Origin: Eubacteriaceae bacterium
GTDB taxonomy: Bacteria; Bacillota; Clostridia; Peptostreptococcales; Anaerovoracaceae
DNA length: 64,000 nucleotides
NCBI GenBank assembly: GCA_028727785.1
Contig: JAQYNQ010000087.1
Span: 4,746-68,745 of the forward strand
Direction of reading: 5' to 3'
How positions within the stretch are numbered: position 1 is the first letter of the stretch; each line of letters opens with the position of its first letter. The position numbers and the translations under genes are program-made. Under the pieces are notes generated by a model. That model was not told where the DNA came from and made no database searches. It saw only the letters and a list, made by a program, of their open reading frames with translations. Shown here one piece after another: positions 51,084-61,068 of the stretch.

Positions 51084-53115
51084 AGATAAGGTCACTACTC
51101 TTAAAGGAATAGGACCCAAGAAGGCTGAACTTCTTTCCAAACAGAATATTGATACACTGGAAGATTTGCTGTATCTTTTTCCAAGAAAGTACGAAGACAG
51201 AAGAAATACCACCCCTATAGGGGAACTTGAAGTAGGTAAAGATTATCTGATTTCCGGTAAAGTGCTGTCTAGAAGATACAGAGCCAGTTCATATAAAAGG
51301 AATACTCCGCTCTCAGTTTTAGTGGGTGATGGTACAGGAACTGTTGAAATAGTGTTCTTTAACGCACGTTATATTGCAAATTTCTTTAAGGTTAATGGGG
51401 AATACTCATTTTATGGAAGAGTTAGTACTAATATGGACCGCAATCAGATGGTTCATCCCGAATTCTTCCGAGCCGGCGATCCGGCAGACATAAGAGGGAT
51501 AGTTCCTGTTTATCCTGCAGTAGGTGGGTTATCCCAGAACGAAATACGAAGGCTCCAGCTTCAGCTGAAAGACGTATATAATCAGATAGAAGAATGGCTT
51601 CCGGAAAGACTTGTTAACGAAAACCGTCTGGCAAGTCTGGCATATGCATTTGAAAACATCCATTTTCCTAAAGATGGAAAGCATATGCTTCAGGGTAAGT
51701 TCAGGATGGTATTTGATGAACTGCTTACACTGGAGACAGGTCTGTGCTATATGAAAAATGAGACTGCTCGTGACAGAAACGGAGTAGTGATTGATACCGG
51801 CTGTGCATCAGAATTTATAGATAATCTGCCTTTTGAGCTGACTGAGGGACAACTCAGCACATGGAAGGATATTGAAAATGATTTGTCATCAGAAAAAGCC
51901 ATGAACAGACTGATTCAGGGCGATGTCGGTTCAGGTAAAACTGTTCTTGCTCAGTTGTGCATGTTCCTTTGTGCCCGCAGTGGCTATCAAAGTGTTATTA
52001 TGGCTCCTACAGAACTCCTTGCCAAGCAGCATCTGGAATCATTTACTGAAGCTTTTAAGCCTTACGACATTAATATAGCTTTGTTGTGCAGCAGTATGAA
52101 GGGTTCTGAAAAGAAAAAAGTGTTAGACGCTTTAGAAAATGGAACCATTGATGTTCTGATCGGAACACATGCTGTTATTCAACCGGAAGTAAAGTTTAGA
52201 AACCTGGGTATGGTAATAACAGACGAGCAGCACAGGTTTGGCGTCAATCAGAGAAGCGTTCTGTCTCAGAAAGGAAACCATCTGAATGTAATGGTTATGA
52301 CCGCTACGCCAATTCCAAGAACTCTTGCGGTAATTCTTTATGGTGATCTGGATATTTCTCAGATAAGAAGTATGCCTAAGGGACGTAAGAAAGTAAAAAC
52401 ATATGCTGTAAACGGTGATATGAGGAATCGTGCGTATGATTTTGTAAAAGAAGAGTTACGAAAGGGCAGACAGGCATATGTAGTTGCACCACTTATAGAA
52501 GAATCGGAAAATATTGACGCAAAATCCGCAGAAGAGTTGTATGAAGAACTTACAGACAAATTTCGCGGTTTTAAAGTTGCTTTGATTCATGGAAATCTTA
52601 AACAGAAGGAAAAGGATGAAGTTATGGAAGCTTTTGTCAGAGGCGAGATACATGTTCTTGTTTCCACTGTTGTCATTGAAGTAGGCATCAATGTGGCAAA
52701 TGCAACGATTATGGTAATTGAGAACAGTGAACGCTTCGGTCTGGCACAGATGCACCAGCTGAGAGGACGAGTCGGACGTGGCAGTCAGCAGTCTTACTGT
52801 TTCCTTATATGCCATAATGAAAGTGAAATTGCATTAGAGCGTAACAAAATCATGACGTCGACAAATGACGGTTTTGAAATTGCTGAAGCCGACTTACAGC
52901 TTCGTGGTCCCGGAGAAATATTCGGAACAAGACAGCATGGATTGCCGGAAATGCATATCAGTGATCTGATAAGGCACGCGGATGTTCTTGAACAGGCAAA
53001 AAACATTGCAAAGTCTATAATAGATAGTGATCCCGGACTGGAATCGGAAGAGTATTCCGGTCTGAAAAAAAGAATTATAAAAATGTTTGGTGAAAACATA
53101 AAACTAGAACTTTAG
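51073..53115 (+). CDS. recG: ATP-dependent DNA helicase RecG
   Basis: Motifs RLIQGDVGSGKT, MAPTELLA, DEQHRFGV, MTATPIPRT and QLRGRVGRG. Confidence 0.98.
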   Translation: MNIEDKVTTLKGIGPKKAELLSKQNIDTLEDLLYLFPRKYEDRRNTTPIGELEVGKDYLISGKVLSRRYRASSYKRNTPLSVLVGDGTGTVEIVFFNARYIANFFKVNGEYSFYGRVSTNMDRNQMVHPEFFRAGDPADIRGIVPVYPAVGGLSQNEIRRLQLQLKDVYNQIEEWLPERLVNENRLASLAYAFENIHFPKDGKHMLQGKFRMVFDELLTLETGLCYMKNETARDRNGVVIDTGCASEFIDNLPFELTEGQLSTWKDIENDLSSEKAMNRLIQGDVGSGKTVLAQLCMFLCARSGYQSVIMAPTELLAKQHLESFTEAFKPYDINIALLCSSMKGSEKKKVLDALENGTIDVLIGTHAVIQPEVKFRNLGMVITDEQHRFGVNQRSVLSQKGNHLNVMVMTATPIPRTLAVILYGDLDISQIRSMPKGRKKVKTYAVNGDMRNRAYDFVKEELRKGRQAYVVAPLIEESENIDAKSAEELYEELTDKFRGFKVALIHGNLKQKEKDEVMEAFVRGEIHVLVSTVVIEVGINVANATIMVIENSERFGLAQMHQLRGRVGRGSQQSYCFLICHNESEIALERNKIMTSTNDGFEIAEADLQLRGPGEIFGTRQHGLPEMHISDLIRHADVLEQAKNIAKSIIDSDPGLESEEYSGLKKRIIKMFGENIKLEL

Positions 53116-53168
53116 ACTTTCTTTATAACAGGTTACTAAAAGCTGTTAATGAAACTAAATTTTACAAG

Positions 53169-53197
53169 GTATCAAAACCTCCTGCAAGGTTAAATTA
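53169..53197 (+). promoter_or_regulatory. Putative forespore (sigma-G/F-type) promoter of the SASP gene
   Basis: GTATC, a 17-bp spacer, then TAAATTA; also GGTTAAATTA. Near-consensus only, but upstream of a SASP gene. Confidence 0.45.
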
Positions 53198-53223
53198 ATA
53201 GTGTAAACAGGAGGTGAAAACAA

Positions 53224-53424
53224 ATGAATTTACAGGAAAAAATGAACGTTAATGCAAAGCCTGCATTAAAGAATTTAAAGACTGAAGTTGCTAACGAACT
53301 TGGCCTTTCAAACTATGATCAGACTGATAAGGGTAACCTTACAGCAAGACAGAATGGCTATGTTGGCGGCTATATGACTAAGAAATTAGTTGAAATGGCA
53401 GAACAGCAGCTTGCAGGAAAGTAA
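53224..53424 (+). CDS. Alpha/beta-type small acid-soluble spore protein
   Basis: LKTEVANELG...GNLTARQNGYVGGYMTKKLV. Confidence 0.93.
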   Translation: MNLQEKMNVNAKPALKNLKTEVANELGLSNYDQTDKGNLTARQNGYVGGYMTKKLVEMAEQQLAGK

Positions 53425-53465
53425 ACTGTAAAGTTAATCAGTTAGAATAGTCGTATAACAGACTT

Positions 53466-53507
53466 AAAAAAGAGCCGGAAAGATTTATCTGATACCGGCT
53501 CTTTTTT
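53466..53507 (+). terminator. Intrinsic terminator
   Basis: AAAAAGAGCCGG...CCGGCTCTTTTTT. Confidence 0.88.
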
Positions 53508-53521
53508 ATGATGAGTGAATA

Positions 53522-53550
53522 TTGCAAGGAGAAAAGCTTTTTGCTATAAT
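53522..53550 (+). promoter_or_regulatory. sigma-A promoter of rsmD-coaD (TTGCAA-17-TGc-TATAAT)
   Basis: Read directly. Confidence 0.7.
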
Positions 53551-53581
53551 TAGTTGAAAATAAATACAAAGGGAAAACAAT

Positions 53582-54154
53582 ATGAGAATTATTACAGGAG
53601 AATATAGAGGACGCAGGCTGGAATCACCTATAGGATATGATGTCAGACCTACCACTGATAAAGTAAAAGAGGCAATTTTTAACATAATCATGAATGACAT
53701 ATGGGATGCAACCTGTGTGGATCTGTTTGCAGGTACAGGCAATCTTGGATTAGAGGCCTTGTCAAGGGGTGCAAAGAAATGCTATTTTGGAGATAACTCC
53801 AGAGAAAGCCTTAACCTGATTAAGGCCAACGTTAAAATGTGCAGGGCTGAAGATAAATCAGTTATCATTGCAGGCGATTACACTAAGACACTTTCAAGAA
53901 TAAATGAAAAAATAGATATTTTCTTTCTTGACCCGCCTTATAAGGACGGGCTTTATGAAAACTGCCTGGAATTAATAGATGAACTGGATTTATTATCAGA
54001 AGACGGCATAGTTGTGGCAGAACACGGGATCAGAGATTATGTACCGGAAGAGATAGGCAGACTGGAGATTATCAAACAGAGAAAATACGGTAAAATTATG
54101 GTCACAATCTACGCCGAAAAAAATACTGGAGAGGATACAGAAGAGGAAGAATAA
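53582..54154 (+). CDS. rsmD: 16S rRNA m2G966 methyltransferase
   Basis: Motifs MRIITG..RGR.L, RPTTDKVKEA, DLFAGTG and DPPY. Confidence 0.95.
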   Translation: MRIITGEYRGRRLESPIGYDVRPTTDKVKEAIFNIIMNDIWDATCVDLFAGTGNLGLEALSRGAKKCYFGDNSRESLNLIKANVKMCRAEDKSVIIAGDYTKTLSRINEKIDIFFLDPPYKDGLYENCLELIDELDLLSEDGIVVAEHGIRDYVPEEIGRLEIIKQRKYGKIMVTIYAEKNTGEDTEEEE

Positions 54155-54155
54155 A

Positions 54156-54641
54156 ATGGGCAATAAAGCTTTATATTCAGGTTCATTTGATCCTATGACA
54201 AACGGTCATCTGGATATAATTGAAAGAGCATCCAAAATGTTTGATGAATTAATAGTCGGAGTCATTGTGAATCCCAATAAAAATGCTCTTTTTACAAAAG
54301 AGGAACGTGTTGCCATGATTGAAGAAGTTACGGCACACCTGCCAAATGTTAAGGTAGAATGTTTTCAGGGATTGCTGGCTGACTATGTTAACAAGAACAG
54401 TTTTGATGCCGTAGTAAGAGGTCTGAGAGCAACCACGGACTTTGAATACGAAATTCAGATGGCGCAGATGAATGCCAGATTGTTTAATGATGGAATAGAG
54501 TCAGTTTTTCTGATGACAAGCCCAAAGTACTCTTTCATCAGCTCAAGCATGATTAAGGAAGTGGTTTCACTTGGCGGTTGTGTTGAAGGACTTATTCCTA
54601 CGTTAATACTAAATAGAATAAAAGAAAAGTACGCGAAGTAA
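54156..54641 (+). CDS. coaD: Phosphopantetheine adenylyltransferase
   Basis: Motifs YSGSFDP.TNGH, RGLR...DFEYE and ISSS. Confidence 0.97.
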   Translation: MGNKALYSGSFDPMTNGHLDIIERASKMFDELIVGVIVNPNKNALFTKEERVAMIEEVTAHLPNVKVECFQGLLADYVNKNSFDAVVRGLRATTDFEYEIQMAQMNARLFNDGIESVFLMTSPKYSFISSSMIKEVVSLGGCVEGLIPTLILNRIKEKYAK

Positions 54642-54654
54642 TTAGGAGGAAAAG

Positions 54655-55200
54655 ATGACAGTTTTAGATTTATTGGAAGAAATCGAAGATATTGTGGATA
54701 AAGCGCCAGGCGTACCTCTAACCGGCAAGGTTATGGTAGATGCAGATGAGCTTCGCACAATTGTAATGGATATCAGAAAGAGCCTTCCTGACGATGTACA
54801 CCAGGCACAGTGGGTTAAGGAAGAAAAAGACAGAATTCTTCAGGAAGCAAGAGCTGAATACGAAAGACTTATTAAAGAAGCTCAGAAACAGGCTGATTAT
54901 CTGGTTGATACAAATGACATCACTGTTCGTGCTCACAAGGCAAGTGAAGAAATCATTCAGAATGCACAGAACTATTCTAAAGAGCTTAAGATGCGTACTT
55001 ATGACTATATGGATAAGATTCTGTTCGATATGGAAAACAAAATGGATGAGTTCAGCATGAAGCTTTTTGGTGAAATGTATGGTCAGCTTGAAAAGCAGAT
55101 GAGTAACCTTAACGAGGTTCTGAAGAGCAACAGAGAAGAGATTAAGGGAATGGCTTATAACACTCAGCACGGGTCAGATGTGAATGAATCCAATATGTAA
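54655..55200 (+). CDS. Conserved coiled-coil protein (DivIVA/ATPase-subunit-like annotation), typical coaD neighbour
   Basis: LLEEIEDIV...VPLTGKVMVD...LPDD...A.W followed by a long coiled coil. Confidence 0.7.
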   Translation: MTVLDLLEEIEDIVDKAPGVPLTGKVMVDADELRTIVMDIRKSLPDDVHQAQWVKEEKDRILQEARAEYERLIKEAQKQADYLVDTNDITVRAHKASEEIIQNAQNYSKELKMRTYDYMDKILFDMENKMDEFSMKLFGEMYGQLEKQMSNLNEVLKSNREEIKGMAYNTQHGSDVNESNM

Positions 55201-55213
55201 AAAAGGCGTATAT

Positions 55214-55260
55214 TACCCATGGTGGATGAATAGAATCTTACCATGGGTATATATTTTTTT
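55214..55260 (+). terminator. Intrinsic terminator overlapping the next start codon
   Basis: TACCCATGGT...ACCATGGGTA followed by T7. Confidence 0.7.
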
Positions 55261-56160
55261 GACAAAAAGATAATAATTATATCTGTAACATTAGCCGCCT
55301 GCCTGTATATGGTTGTTTTTCCGGAAATAACTATACGCGCTTCCAAGACAGCAATAGACATCTGGCTTAATTCTATTGTCCCGGTAATAATGCCTTTTTT
55401 TATTGCTGCAGGTTTTCTGAAGCGGATTGGTGTATGTAACAGTCTGCCCGTTAGGATATATCCTTTTGCAATGGCCGTTTTGTCAGGCTATCCTATGGGG
55501 GCAAAAATCTCGGGCGATTATTACAGAGATGGGCAGATAAATGAGAAAGAACTGTATTCGCTTCTCAGCTACAGCATGGTCACAGGACCTGCATTTATTG
55601 TGGGGACTGTAGGTGTGTCCCTGCTGAATTCTTATGCGGCAGGGGTCGCTCTGGCTCTTTCTCATTATGCTTCAGCTGTTGTCAACGGTTTAATATATGG
55701 CGGAACCGGATTAATCAAAACTGGCACATCCCATAGAGAATTAATAAGCTCTGACAATCAGAGTTACTATAATATACTGACCGATTCTATATTGGAAACG
55801 TTTAAATCTATGGCGATTATCCTTGCATATATTATGCTTTTTATGATCATCTGTGTAACTGTTTCAGAAACAGGATTTTTCAGCAGCAATGGATATGAGT
55901 ATGGGGAAGCTTTGATAACCGGTATTATGGAGATGACTGTTGGATGCGGAAAGATGTCTGCTGTTGATATTAACACTTTATATCTGATTCCCGGCGTTTC
56001 GTTTATGATATCTTTCGGTGGACTGTCAGTGCTTGGGCAGTCAATGAGCATGCTGAAAAACTGTCCGGTAAAGGCACCGGCTCTTATGAAAATCAAGTTC
56101 AGCCATGGCCTGATAAGTGCAATAATATCTTTTGTAATTTATAAACTTATGGTAGTATGA
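55243..56160 (+). CDS. ylbJ: Sporulation integral membrane protein YlbJ-like
   Basis: FPE...A....W....P...PFF, LSGYPMGAK, GPAFIVG, G.MEMT.G and FGGLSV..Q. Confidence 0.8.
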   Translation: MGIYFFDKKIIIISVTLAACLYMVVFPEITIRASKTAIDIWLNSIVPVIMPFFIAAGFLKRIGVCNSLPVRIYPFAMAVLSGYPMGAKISGDYYRDGQINEKELYSLLSYSMVTGPAFIVGTVGVSLLNSYAAGVALALSHYASAVVNGLIYGGTGLIKTGTSHRELISSDNQSYYNILTDSILETFKSMAIILAYIMLFMIICVTVSETGFFSSNGYEYGEALITGIMEMTVGCGKMSAVDINTLYLIPGVSFMISFGGLSVLGQSMSMLKNCPVKAPALMKIKFSHGLISAIISFVIYKLMVV

Positions 56161-56164
56161 AAGT

Positions 56165-57280
56165 ATGAAAAGTTTTGGAATAATAGCAGAGTTTAACCCA
56201 TTTCATTTGGGACATAAGTATTTAATTGACAGAGCCAGAGAAGTTACAGGGTCTGATATTTGCGTTGCAGTAATGAGTGGCAGTTTTGTTCAGCGCGGAG
56301 GTCCGGCAGTTTTTGATAAATGGGAAAGAACAAGGCTTGCTATTGAAGGGGGAGTAAATCTTCTTGTAGAGCTCCCTGCTGTATATGCTACAGCAAGTGC
56401 TGAGCACTTTGCTTTCGGTGGTGTGAAGACTCTCGAGGCGATGGGGTGCATAGACAGGCTTGTTTTCGGAAGCGAAAGCGGGGATGTGAAGCTTCTTGAA
56501 GATGCGGCACATCTGCTGAAGAAAAAAGATGCTGAAATTTTTCAGTTAACCAGATCGTTTTCAAAGAAAGGACTAGCTTTCCCGAAAGCACGTGAAGAGG
56601 CACTGCACATTATTTCACCGAACTTTGACTTGGGTATTCTGCGAGAGCCTAACAATATCTTGGCCATAGAGTATATTAAACAGTTAGAATCAATGGAACC
56701 TTACACTATTAAAAGGATTGGGCAGGGACACCATGAATCTGCAACGGCCTTGCGTAACCGGATTGCTGCCGGAAATCCGGAAGCTTTCAGACAGGCTGAA
56801 GCTAATTATTTTAACCTGATCAGATCAAGAATTTTACAAGGCAGTGCAGATGAGCTTGAAAAAATGTGTGCAGCAGGAGATGGCCTTGGCAACCGATTGA
56901 AAGACAGCGTGAGATTTGCGGAAAACACTGATGACCTGATTCGGAAAGTTAAATCCAAGGCATATACTTACAGTTCTGTTGAAAGAATGCTGGCTCATAT
57001 TGTTCTGGGAATAGAAATGAATTACAGTCAGGCTCCGGCGTATATCAGAGTACTGGGTTTTGATGAAAAGGGAGCAAAACTTCTTAAGCATATAAAAAAG
57101 CAGGAATACAACCGTGTTCCTGTTATTACGAATATTAATAAAGAATGGGAAAAACTTGGCGACGGACAGGCCATGCTGGAGAAAGATATCCTGGCAACAG
57201 ATGTATTTAATGTAATTTGGAACAGAAATATGTATAAAGAATCGGATTATGTAAAAAAACCTGTAATAGTAACATTTTAA
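56165..57280 (+). CDS. tmcAL: tRNA(Met) cytidine acetate ligase (YlbM/TmcAL)
   Basis: [47 protein letters not shown] and SATALR. Confidence 0.88.
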   Translation: MKSFGIIAEFNPFHLGHKYLIDRAREVTGSDICVAVMSGSFVQRGGPAVFDKWERTRLAIEGGVNLLVELPAVYATASAEHFAFGGVKTLEAMGCIDRLVFGSESGDVKLLEDAAHLLKKKDAEIFQLTRSFSKKGLAFPKAREEALHIISPNFDLGILREPNNILAIEYIKQLESMEPYTIKRIGQGHHESATALRNRIAAGNPEAFRQAEANYFNLIRSRILQGSADELEKMCAAGDGLGNRLKDSVRFAENTDDLIRKVKSKAYTYSSVERMLAHIVLGIEMNYSQAPAYIRVLGFDEKGAKLLKHIKKQEYNRVPVITNINKEWEKLGDGQAMLEKDILATDVFNVIWNRNMYKESDYVKKPVIVTF

Positions 57281-57294
57281 TGGCAACTAATGCC

Positions 57295-57323
57295 TTGATT
57301 TACAAAAAATTCAGGTGTATAAT
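57295..57323 (+). promoter_or_regulatory. sigma-A promoter of ackA (TTGATT-17-TATAAT)
   Basis: Read directly. Confidence 0.7.
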
Positions 57324-57366
57324 AGGTAAGGCAAATTTATTTAAACGAGAAAACGGAGGGAACGTA

Positions 57367-58566
57367 ATGAACGTATTAGTAATTAACTGTGGTAGTTCAT
57401 CACTGAAATATCAGGTATTAGACATGACCGGCGAAAAGCTTCTCTGCAAAGGTCTGGTTGAAAGAATCGGAATGGAAGGCTCAGTAATCAATCATACAAA
57501 GATTGGTATGGACAAGGTTTCAACTGTAGTTCCAATGAATGATCACAAGGATGCCATTGCACAGGTATTAGCTGCAATTCAGGATCCTGAAACAGGTGTT
57601 GTAGCTAGTCTGGATGAAATCGGTGCAGTAGGACACAGAGTTGTACATGCAGGTGAAAAGTTTGCTGATTCAGTAGTAATCGATGATAAAGTAATCGCAG
57701 CTCTTGAAGAATGTGTAGAATTAGCACCTCTTCACAATCCACCTAATCTGTATGGTATTGCTGCATGCCAGGAACTTATGCCTAACACACCAATGGTAGC
57801 AGTATTTGACACAGCTTATCATCAGACAATGCCACCTAAGTCATACTTATACGCATTACCTTACGAATATTATGAAAAGTACGGAATCAGAAAGTATGGA
57901 TTCCACGGTACTTCTCACAAATATGTTGCTCAGAGAGCAGCTGCTATGATGAATGTAGATATCAATGACCTTAAGATCATCACTTGCCACCTTGGTAACG
58001 GTGCATCCGTATCAGCTATCAAACACGGCAGAGTAATTGATACATCAATGGGCTTCACTCCATTACAGGGTCTTGTAATGGGTACTCGCTGCGGAGACAT
58101 TGACCCTGCTATCGTTACTTATATCAGACAGAAGGAAAACCTTCCTCAGGGTAAGGCTAATGAAATTCTGAACAAGAAATCCGGTGTACTTGGTATTTCC
58201 GGCGTTTCCAGTGACTTCAGAGATCTTGAAGATGCCGTTGCTGAAGGAAATGAAAGAGCAGCACTTGCCCTTGAAATCTTCGCGCAGAAGGTAAGATTCT
58301 ATATCGGTGCATACATTGCTGAGATGAACGGTGTAGATGCTATCGTATTCACAGCAGGTGTTGGTGAAAACGACGTTAACATGAGAGAACTTATCTGTAC
58401 AGACCTTGGAAATCTAGGAATCAAGCTTGATATCATGAGAAATAAGGTAAGAGGTAAGGAAACATTCGTTAACACAGAAGACTCAAAAGTTAAACTTCTT
58501 CTGATCCCAACTAACGAAGAATTAATGATAGCAAGAGATACATTTAATCTTACAAAGAATTTATAA
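57367..58566 (+). CDS. ackA: Acetate kinase
   Basis: [44 protein letters not shown] and [17 protein letters not shown] supports ATG 57367. Confidence 0.98.
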   Translation: MNVLVINCGSSSLKYQVLDMTGEKLLCKGLVERIGMEGSVINHTKIGMDKVSTVVPMNDHKDAIAQVLAAIQDPETGVVASLDEIGAVGHRVVHAGEKFADSVVIDDKVIAALEECVELAPLHNPPNLYGIAACQELMPNTPMVAVFDTAYHQTMPPKSYLYALPYEYYEKYGIRKYGFHGTSHKYVAQRAAAMMNVDINDLKIITCHLGNGASVSAIKHGRVIDTSMGFTPLQGLVMGTRCGDIDPAIVTYIRQKENLPQGKANEILNKKSGVLGISGVSSDFRDLEDAVAEGNERAALALEIFAQKVRFYIGAYIAEMNGVDAIVFTAGVGENDVNMRELICTDLGNLGIKLDIMRNKVRGKETFVNTEDSKVKLLLIPTNEELMIARDTFNLTKNL

Positions 58567-58572
58567 TTTTTG

Positions 58573-58601
58573 TTGACATACCATTGTTAAATGTGTATAA
58601 T
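58573..58601 (+). promoter_or_regulatory. Consensus sigma-A promoter of rpmF (TTGACA-17-TATAAT)
   Basis: Perfect consensus. Confidence 0.85.
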
Positions 58602-58665
58602 TTAGTAGTTGACGAAAATTCTATCAATGAATATAAACATTATGCACGAACAGGAGGTGTAGACA

Positions 58666-58854
58666 ATGGCAGTACCTAAGAGGAAAACATCCAAAGCTAG
58701 AAGAGACAAGAGAAGATCCCCTAACATGAAGAAGTCAGTTCCAGGAGTATCAATCTGTCCACAGTGCCACGAGCCAAAGCTTCCACATAGAGTTTGCCCT
58801 AATTGTAACTACTACGATGGCAAAGAAGTTGTTGCTGAAGCAATCAACGCTTAG
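58666..58854 (+). CDS. rpmF: 50S ribosomal protein L32 (Zn-binding type)
   Basis: [17 protein letters not shown]...CPQC...PHRVCPNC. Confidence 0.97.
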   Translation: MAVPKRKTSKARRDKRRSPNMKKSVPGVSICPQCHEPKLPHRVCPNCNYYDGKEVVAEAINA

Positions 58855-58875
58855 GATTGAAACACAGAGAATATT

Positions 58876-58905
58876 AAAGAGCAGTCGGGTGACTGCTCTT
58901 TTTTC
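58876..58905. terminator. Bidirectional terminator between rpmF and dapA
   Basis: AAAGAGCAGTC-GGGT-GACTGCTCTTT followed by TTT. Confidence 0.9.
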
Positions 58906-58926
58906 TTGGCTGAGAACGCTTGAAAA

Positions 58927-59832
58927 CTACATCTTAATTCCATATCTGACCATTTCACTATAAACTAAGTACATTGTTTCGTTGCTTGGATCACATAGCG
59001 GCATTCGGTATTCACGTTCTATTAGATTCATCATATTTAGTGCTGCTTTTACCGGAATAGGATTGACCTCGCGGAAAAGAGTTTTGATCAGTGGCAGCAT
59101 AGCAAGCTGCATCTTTACTGCATCAGCATGACGGCCCTGAAGCCACAAACTTGTCATTAAATGATATTCTGCCGGAATAATGTTTGCAACTGTTGAAATG
59201 CAACCGATTCCTCCGAGAGACATGATTGGAATTGTCTGGTCATCGTTCCCTGAATATAGATCAAATGATATGTTGTTGTCATCAGCTTTACATTTTTCAA
59301 TATATGATGCGATTTCAGCAATTTGTGATATATTGCTGCTTGCTTCTTTTATTCCTACAATGTTAGGATGTCTGCTCAGACTAATTACTGTATCGGGATC
59401 TATATTAAGTCCTGTTCTGCTTTTTACTGAATATAATATAACAGGCAGGGAGGTAGTGTCTGCAATGGTCTCATAATGTCTGCGCAAGCCTGTCTGGGTC
59501 GCTTTATTATAATAAGGTGTCACTACCAATAGACCATTAGCGCCGGCATCAGCATACTCTTTAGCCAGCTTTACGGATTCTGACGTGTTATTAGTACCCG
59601 CACCTGCTATTACAGGGACTTTACCTTCTACTGTTTCAACAGTGAATCTTACAATATCTTTTTTCTCTATAGCCGATAGAGTTGAGGCCTCACCGGTTGT
59701 TCCACAACAGATGATAGCATCTGTACCGGCCTCAAGATGCCACTGGATCAGTTTTTTTAAAGCGGTATAATCTATAACATTATTTTTAAATGGTGTTACT
59801 AAGGCTACACCGGAGCCGGTGAAAATCGACAT
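58927..59832 (-). CDS. dapA: 4-hydroxy-tetrahydrodipicolinate synthase
   Basis: Motifs ALVTPF, GTTGEA, IAGAG.N.T, VTPYYNK, GIKEAS, SGND and NPIPVK. Confidence 0.93.
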   Translation of the reverse strand: MSIFTGSGVALVTPFKNNVIDYTALKKLIQWHLEAGTDAIICCGTTGEASTLSAIEKKDIVRFTVETVEGKVPVIAGAGTNNTSESVKLAKEYADAGANGLLVVTPYYNKATQTGLRRHYETIADTTSLPVILYSVKSRTGLNIDPDTVISLSRHPNIVGIKEASSNISQIAEIASYIEKCKADDNNISFDLYSGNDDQTIPIMSLGGIGCISTVANIIPAEYHLMTSLWLQGRHADAVKMQLAMLPLIKTLFREVNPIPVKAALNMMNLIEREYRMPLCDPSNETMYLVYSEMVRYGIKM

Positions 59833-59888
59833 TTTTTTCCCCTCACTTTTTGTATAATACAGTATATGTGATTAACAGCTTTTTCGTG

Positions 59889-59917
59889 TTGATATGTGGC
59901 TGAAAAAGTGGTAAAAT
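59889..59917 (+). promoter_or_regulatory. sigma-A promoter of asd (TTGATA-17-TGg-TAAAAT)
   Basis: Read directly. Confidence 0.65.
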
Positions 59918-59962
59918 AATATGATAAAATAGCTAAAATATTATCAAAGGGAGATTAAATAA

Positions 59963-61057
59963 ATGAGAAAACTAGACAGAAAGCTTAAGGTTGGAATCTT
60001 AGGGGGAACAGGAATGGTAGGACAGAGATTTGTATCTCTTCTTGAAAACCATCCATGGTTTGAAGTTGTAACTATTGCTGCAAGTGCAAGAAGTGCCGGA
60101 AAGACTTATGAAGAAGCAGTTGGTGAAAGATGGAAAATGTCTACATCAATGCCTGAAGCAGTAAAGAATATTATTGTCAAAGATGTTAAAGACGTTAAAG
60201 CAGTAGCAGATACTGTTGATTTTGTATTCAGTGCTGTTGACATGACAAAAGAAGAAATCAGAGCTATTGAAGATGAGTATGCAAAGACAGAAACTCCTGT
60301 GGTTTCCAATAACAGTGCTCATAGATGGACTCCGGATGTTCCAATGATTATTCCGGAAATCAACATAGATCACGCCGAAGTTATCGAGTTCCAGAAGAAG
60401 AGACTTGGCACAGAAAGAGGATTCGTTGCTGTAAAGCCAAACTGTTCTATTCAGGGATATGCCCCTGCATTAGCTGCATGGAAAGAATTTGAACCATCAG
60501 AAGTAGTTGTTACTACATATCAGGCAATTTCAGGTGCCGGAAAGACTTTTAACGAATGGCCTGAAATGATTGAAAATATCATTCCATACATTGGCGGTGA
60601 AGAAGAGAAGAGTGAACAGGAACCACTAAGAATCTTCGGTCATATTGAAGACGGCGTCATTGTAAAGGCATCTGCGCCTGTAATTACTGCACAGTGCGTA
60701 AGAGTACCTGTTCTTGACGGACACACTGCTGCTGTATTTGTAAGATTTAATAAGAAGCCAACTAAGGAAGAACTAATTGACAGACTGGTTAACTACAAGG
60801 GATTCCCACAGGAAGCAGGACTTCCTAACGCTCCAAAGCAGTTCATTCAGTATCTTGAAGATGACAACAGACCTCAGGTTAAACTGGATGTAAATGCGGA
60901 AAATGGTTTTGGCATTTCTATTGGAAGATTAAGAGAAGATACAGTATATGATTTTAAGTTCATCGGTCTTGCTCATAATACAATCAGAGGTGCAGCCGGT
61001 GGTGCTGTTCTGTGTGCAGAAAGCTTGGTTGAAAAAGGATACATTAATCACAAGTAG
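59963..61057 (+). CDS. asd: Aspartate-semialdehyde dehydrogenase
   Basis: GILGGTGMVGQ, SNNSAHR, PNCS, TYQAISGAG, CVRVPV.DGH and HNTIRGAAGG. Confidence 0.96.
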   Translation: MRKLDRKLKVGILGGTGMVGQRFVSLLENHPWFEVVTIAASARSAGKTYEEAVGERWKMSTSMPEAVKNIIVKDVKDVKAVADTVDFVFSAVDMTKEEIRAIEDEYAKTETPVVSNNSAHRWTPDVPMIIPEINIDHAEVIEFQKKRLGTERGFVAVKPNCSIQGYAPALAAWKEFEPSEVVVTTYQAISGAGKTFNEWPEMIENIIPYIGGEEEKSEQEPLRIFGHIEDGVIVKASAPVITAQCVRVPVLDGHTAAVFVRFNKKPTKEELIDRLVNYKGFPQEAGLPNAPKQFIQYLEDDNRPQVKLDVNAENGFGISIGRLREDTVYDFKFIGLAHNTIRGAAGGAVLCAESLVEKGYINHK

Positions 61058-61068
61058 GAGGATACAAC

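Noticed and set aside
57280-57366. N-terminal extensions in the ORF track for ackA (57280), ruvC (21071), the lipoprotein (37612) and the cyclo-ligase (31197)
   Set aside because: Downstream ATGs have proper SD sequences and match family N-termini; the ackA extension overlaps its own promoter.
59833-59962. Lysine riboswitch for dapA/asd; SAM riboswitch for metF
   Set aside because: The intergenic space is too short (130 bp shared by two promoters; 12 bp before metF), and no conserved cores are visible.
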